Source: Mobula hypostoma (taxonomy: Eukaryota). From it: a stretch of 64,000 nt of DNA. Positions 60,686 through 64,000 of this stretch are shown piece by piece (the first letter of the stretch is position 1; each line of letters starts with the position of its first letter). The notes beneath the pieces were generated by a model, which saw only the letters and a list, made by a program, of their open reading frames with translations, ran no database searches and was not told the origin of the DNA. The stretch covers positions 30,566,001 through 30,630,000 of the forward strand of contig NC_086100.1 of assembly GCF_963921235.1 (NCBI RefSeq), written 5' to 3'. The position numbers and the translations under genes were made by a program.

Positions 60686-63140
60686 CTAGGTGCACATCCT
60701 TGAGGTGCACCAATATTCACTGTCAGCGAGGAAGAACTGTTATCATCAGTCTATGCTGATTGTGGACTCCCAATAAGGAAGTTGAGGACCAGATGCAGAG
60801 GGAGGCAGAGAGGCTTAGGTTTAAAAGTTTAGTGATTGACACTGACGTTCCAAAGCAGAGTGTTAAGCAAATGATATTGTACCCAATGTTGACTTGTTGT
60901 GGCGGTAGGTGAATTGCAGTGAATCCAGGTCCTTGCTCAGGCAGCTAATCCTAGCCATAATCAACCTCTTGAAATATTTTATAGATGTAAGTGCTAATCA
61001 GCTTTAGTGTCACTAGTATATGTCATGAAATTTGTTGTTTTGATGCAGCAGTATAGTGCTATACATAATAATAAAAAAACCTACAGATTACATAAGAATA
61101 TCATATAGTGCAAAAAGAGCAAAAAACCAAAAAAAAAATAGTGAGGTAGTGTACATGGGTTCATTGTCCATTCAGAAATCTGATGTTGGAGGGGAAGAAT
61201 CTGTTCCCAAAACATTGTGTGTGTGTCTTCAGGCTCATGTACCTCCTCCTATGATGTTGGCAATGACAAGAGGGCACGCCCTGGGTGATGGGGGTCCTTA
61301 ATGATGGATACAACCTTTTTGGGGAATTGCCTTTTGAAGATGTGCTTGAAGCTGAGGAGGCTAGTGCCTATGATGGAGCTGGCTGAGTTTGCAACTTTCT
61401 GCAGCTTGTTCCAATCCTGTGCAGTGGCCACACCGTACCAGATCGTGATACAACCAGTTAGAATGCTCTCCACGGTCCATCTCTATAAATTCACTATAGT
61501 CTTTGGTGACATATCTAGTCCCCTCAAACTCTTAATGAAACATAACCACTGTTGTGCCTACTTCTTAATTATATCAATATGTTGGGCCCAGGATACATCC
61601 TTGGAGACGTTGATGTCCAGGAACTTGAAACTGCTCACTATTTCCACTGCCGATCCCTTAATGAGGACTGGTATGTCTTCCCTAAACTTTCCTTTCCTGA
61701 AGTCCACTATCAATTCCTTGAACTGGCTGATGCTGAGTTGAAGGTGGTTGTTGCGATGCATGAAACCAGCTGATCTATCTCGGTCCTGCATGCCTCTGCT
61801 TTACCACCTGAAATTCTGCCAACAATAGATCAGTCATTGGCAGATTTATAGATGGCAATTGTGCTGTGCCTAGCCATGCAGTTCAGGGTGTGGAGAGAAG
61901 AGTGGGCTCAGCATGCAACCTTGAGGGGCACCAGTGTTGATTGTCAGCAAGGAGGAGATGTAATTCTGATCTGCACTGATGGCAGTCTCCTGATGAGGAA
62001 GTCAAGGATCCAGTTGCAGAGCAAGGTACAGAGGCCCAAGTCTTGGAGATTGTTGATTAGTACTGAAGGTACGATAGTTTGGAACACTGACCTGTAATCA
62101 TTAAACAGCAGCCTGATGTTGTCCAGGTGAGTGGGGAGCCAGTGAGATTGAATCCACTGTAGACCTATTGTGGCAATTTGCAAACTGCAGTGAGTCTAGT
62201 TCCTTGCTTAGGCAGGGGGTGATTCTGGCCACAACCAACCTCTCAAAGCACTTCATCACAATAGATATGAGTGCAATTGGATCGTTGAGGTAGATTGTCA
62301 TCCTTTAGAAGCAATGGGAAACTTTGATTGCAACAGTGAGAGATTGAAGATGTCCTTGAACACTCCTGACAGTTGGTTGGCACAGGTTTACAGTGCCCTA
62401 CCAGGTACACAATCAGGGCCTGATGTCTTGCAAGAGTTCACCCTCTTGAAGGATGTTCTGGCATTAGTCTCAAAACAGAGATCACGAAGTCCACAAATAC
62501 TGTGGAGATTCAAACAGGTTTAGTATTATTCTCCCTTTCAAATTATGCATAGAATGTGTTGATATAGCTAAAATGGAGTTTATCACAAAAAACACACCTT
62601 CAAACAGAGCACCTAATCAACAAGCATAGGAGAATACAATGTAAAGCAACTAAAAATAATTTTTAAAGTCAATATGGAGCAATTTCATCATTTAATTTGT
62701 GAGTAGTTTATTGTGGGCGCTGTGTGTTTTTATGTGTAAAGGTATGACCAATTTTGTGGACTGGGCTGTCATGAAGTTTAATGGCTTTTTAAAGTACTGT
62801 AAAAAATCACTAACTCAATTTGTGCTGGATATAATTTGAAATTTCCCTGGTCAGGACATCTGTAAATAAATTCAGTTCAAAAAGTCCGCTCTCTCCTGAG
62901 AAACCCGAGACCACAGTATTAGCCCAACAAGGATGGTGTCGTATGAGGTTTTAGCTTCCGTTATAAAGATTAGCAGATCCCATAAAACCAGTATCATGTA
63001 TTCCAAAGTTCAAAGTGTTCCAATATAATTCAACTCCACCCAGAAGCCTTAATGGAAGATCATGATTATGACCTCGCACATTGACATACATCAGTGCCAA
63101 TAAATGCATCAGTCATGTTTCACCCTTTTCTTAACCTCAG

Positions 63141-63161
63141 TACTTTGCCCATGGAGAACCT
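63141..63161 (+). other. Candidate 21-nt microexon of an unidentified gene
   Basis: tttcacccttttcttaacctcAG|TACTTTGCCCATGGAGAACCT|GTAAGT; frame-preserving, no stop in any frame, in unique DNA. Confidence 0.35.
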
Positions 63162-63739
63162 GTAAGTTTAAAGCCTCCTTTGCTCTGATTCTTAATTCTT
63201 GGTCGACCCACTCACCATGAATAGGGTGAATATGATAAATTCCCTAATATGTGTAGTTTATCATCCAAAACCCCCAACATTAAAAGAAAATATTACACAT
63301 CTTTGCTTCTTCCTTTCAAAGTATGCTTGTTTTCTTTTCTTTCTGTTGCTTTTTTAAAAAAAGTTTCTTTTACTACAAGTTTGTCATGAGAAATGACATT
63401 ATTGCCTACAGCAGGTCACACCCAAAATTCATCCTTTCCACATCTGATCCATTATCCTGACTATGAAATGTTGGTAATCCTACCAACTGAAAAACAAAGG
63501 AAGGATATTTAGATCCCAGCCTCTATGCGGGTGGATGAGTTCGTGGGGTATTCGGGACATGCTGCGCGCCACAGTTTTCGAGGAGATGTTTGATCATGTA
63601 GCAAGAGAGAGAATTCAAAAAGGAAGCAAGCAGGGGCATGGAGACATGGTATGAACCCCAGTTTCCAAGGAGAAGTTGAATTGTGCATAATTAGGCACTT
63701 GGCAAGGGCCAATAAAAAGAAGTTACTTTGAAGTTACAT

Positions 63740-64000
63740 TGTGGGAACAACCATCGTGTGAGTGGGTTATCTCAGGCTTTGGCTCATAGAGGCTTCGGCA
63801 AGAAAAGACAGAGGCTGTAGGTAGATTTTTTTTTTTGGTTAAATTTTCTTTTTCTTATTGCACAGTTAGAGCAGTGGGGATACCAGGCAGGACAGTGGAA
63901 TGCTCCTCCTGCGGGATTTAGGAAGGCAGGGAGATCTTCAGCATCCTTGCCAATTAAATCTGCAAGAAGTGCATCCAGCTGTGGCTTCCTTCAGACCATG
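63740..64000 (+). mobile_element. 5' end of a CR1 element (ORF1 zinc-finger region), running off the window
   Basis: GRTVECSSCGI*EGRE...*ICKKCIQLWLPSD (CxxC..CxxC of CR1 ORF1). Confidence 0.7.

Larger units (their letters stand above)
58500..62560 (-). mobile_element. Two nested decayed Rex1/Babar-type LINE fragments (58500-59215 + 60686-~60995; ~61000-62560)
   Basis: ISKTKELIADF; ESILTGCITIWYG..LQKVANSASSII; FKFLDI; LCNWILDFL; MKCFERLV..LDSLQFA. Confidence 0.8.

Noticed and set aside
60277-60759. Domesticated zinc-finger/hAT gene
   Set aside because: The ORF runs through the right TIR into LINE sequence and the catalytic domain is absent.

Overview
Eukaryotic, AT-rich, CpG-depleted and repeat-dense DNA with no recognisable host protein-coding gene, so most likely intronic or intergenic. 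The repeat mix (HE1/V-type SINEs, CR1 LINEs with an SGNH-esterase ORF1, Rex1/Babar LINEs, Penelope-like elements, HERO, Tigger/Tc1/hAT relics) suggests a cartilaginous fish, probably a ray; this is inference from family recognition, not a database hit. Nearly all ORFs in the track are TE fragments, microsatellite read-through or chance. The most interesting content is RNA-structural. (i) Penelope-like elements (PLEs) carry minimal hammerhead ribozyme motifs (about 12 copies, 2 intact) and insert with a recurring TSD / inverted arm / sense 3' end + ~35-40 nt tail / TSD layout, including a ~550-bp palindromic mini-element with a hammerhead on each strand (37437-37985). (ii) A 626-bp non-coding RTE/BovB-like element (29971-30596, minus) has a 5' end that folds as an HDV-like ribozyme, apparently disrupted by a 39-bp inverted insertion templated from 0.9 kb away. 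A few isolated exon and microexon candidates on both strands could belong to an unidentified host gene. All family names are from memory and need Dfam/Repbase/Rfam confirmation.
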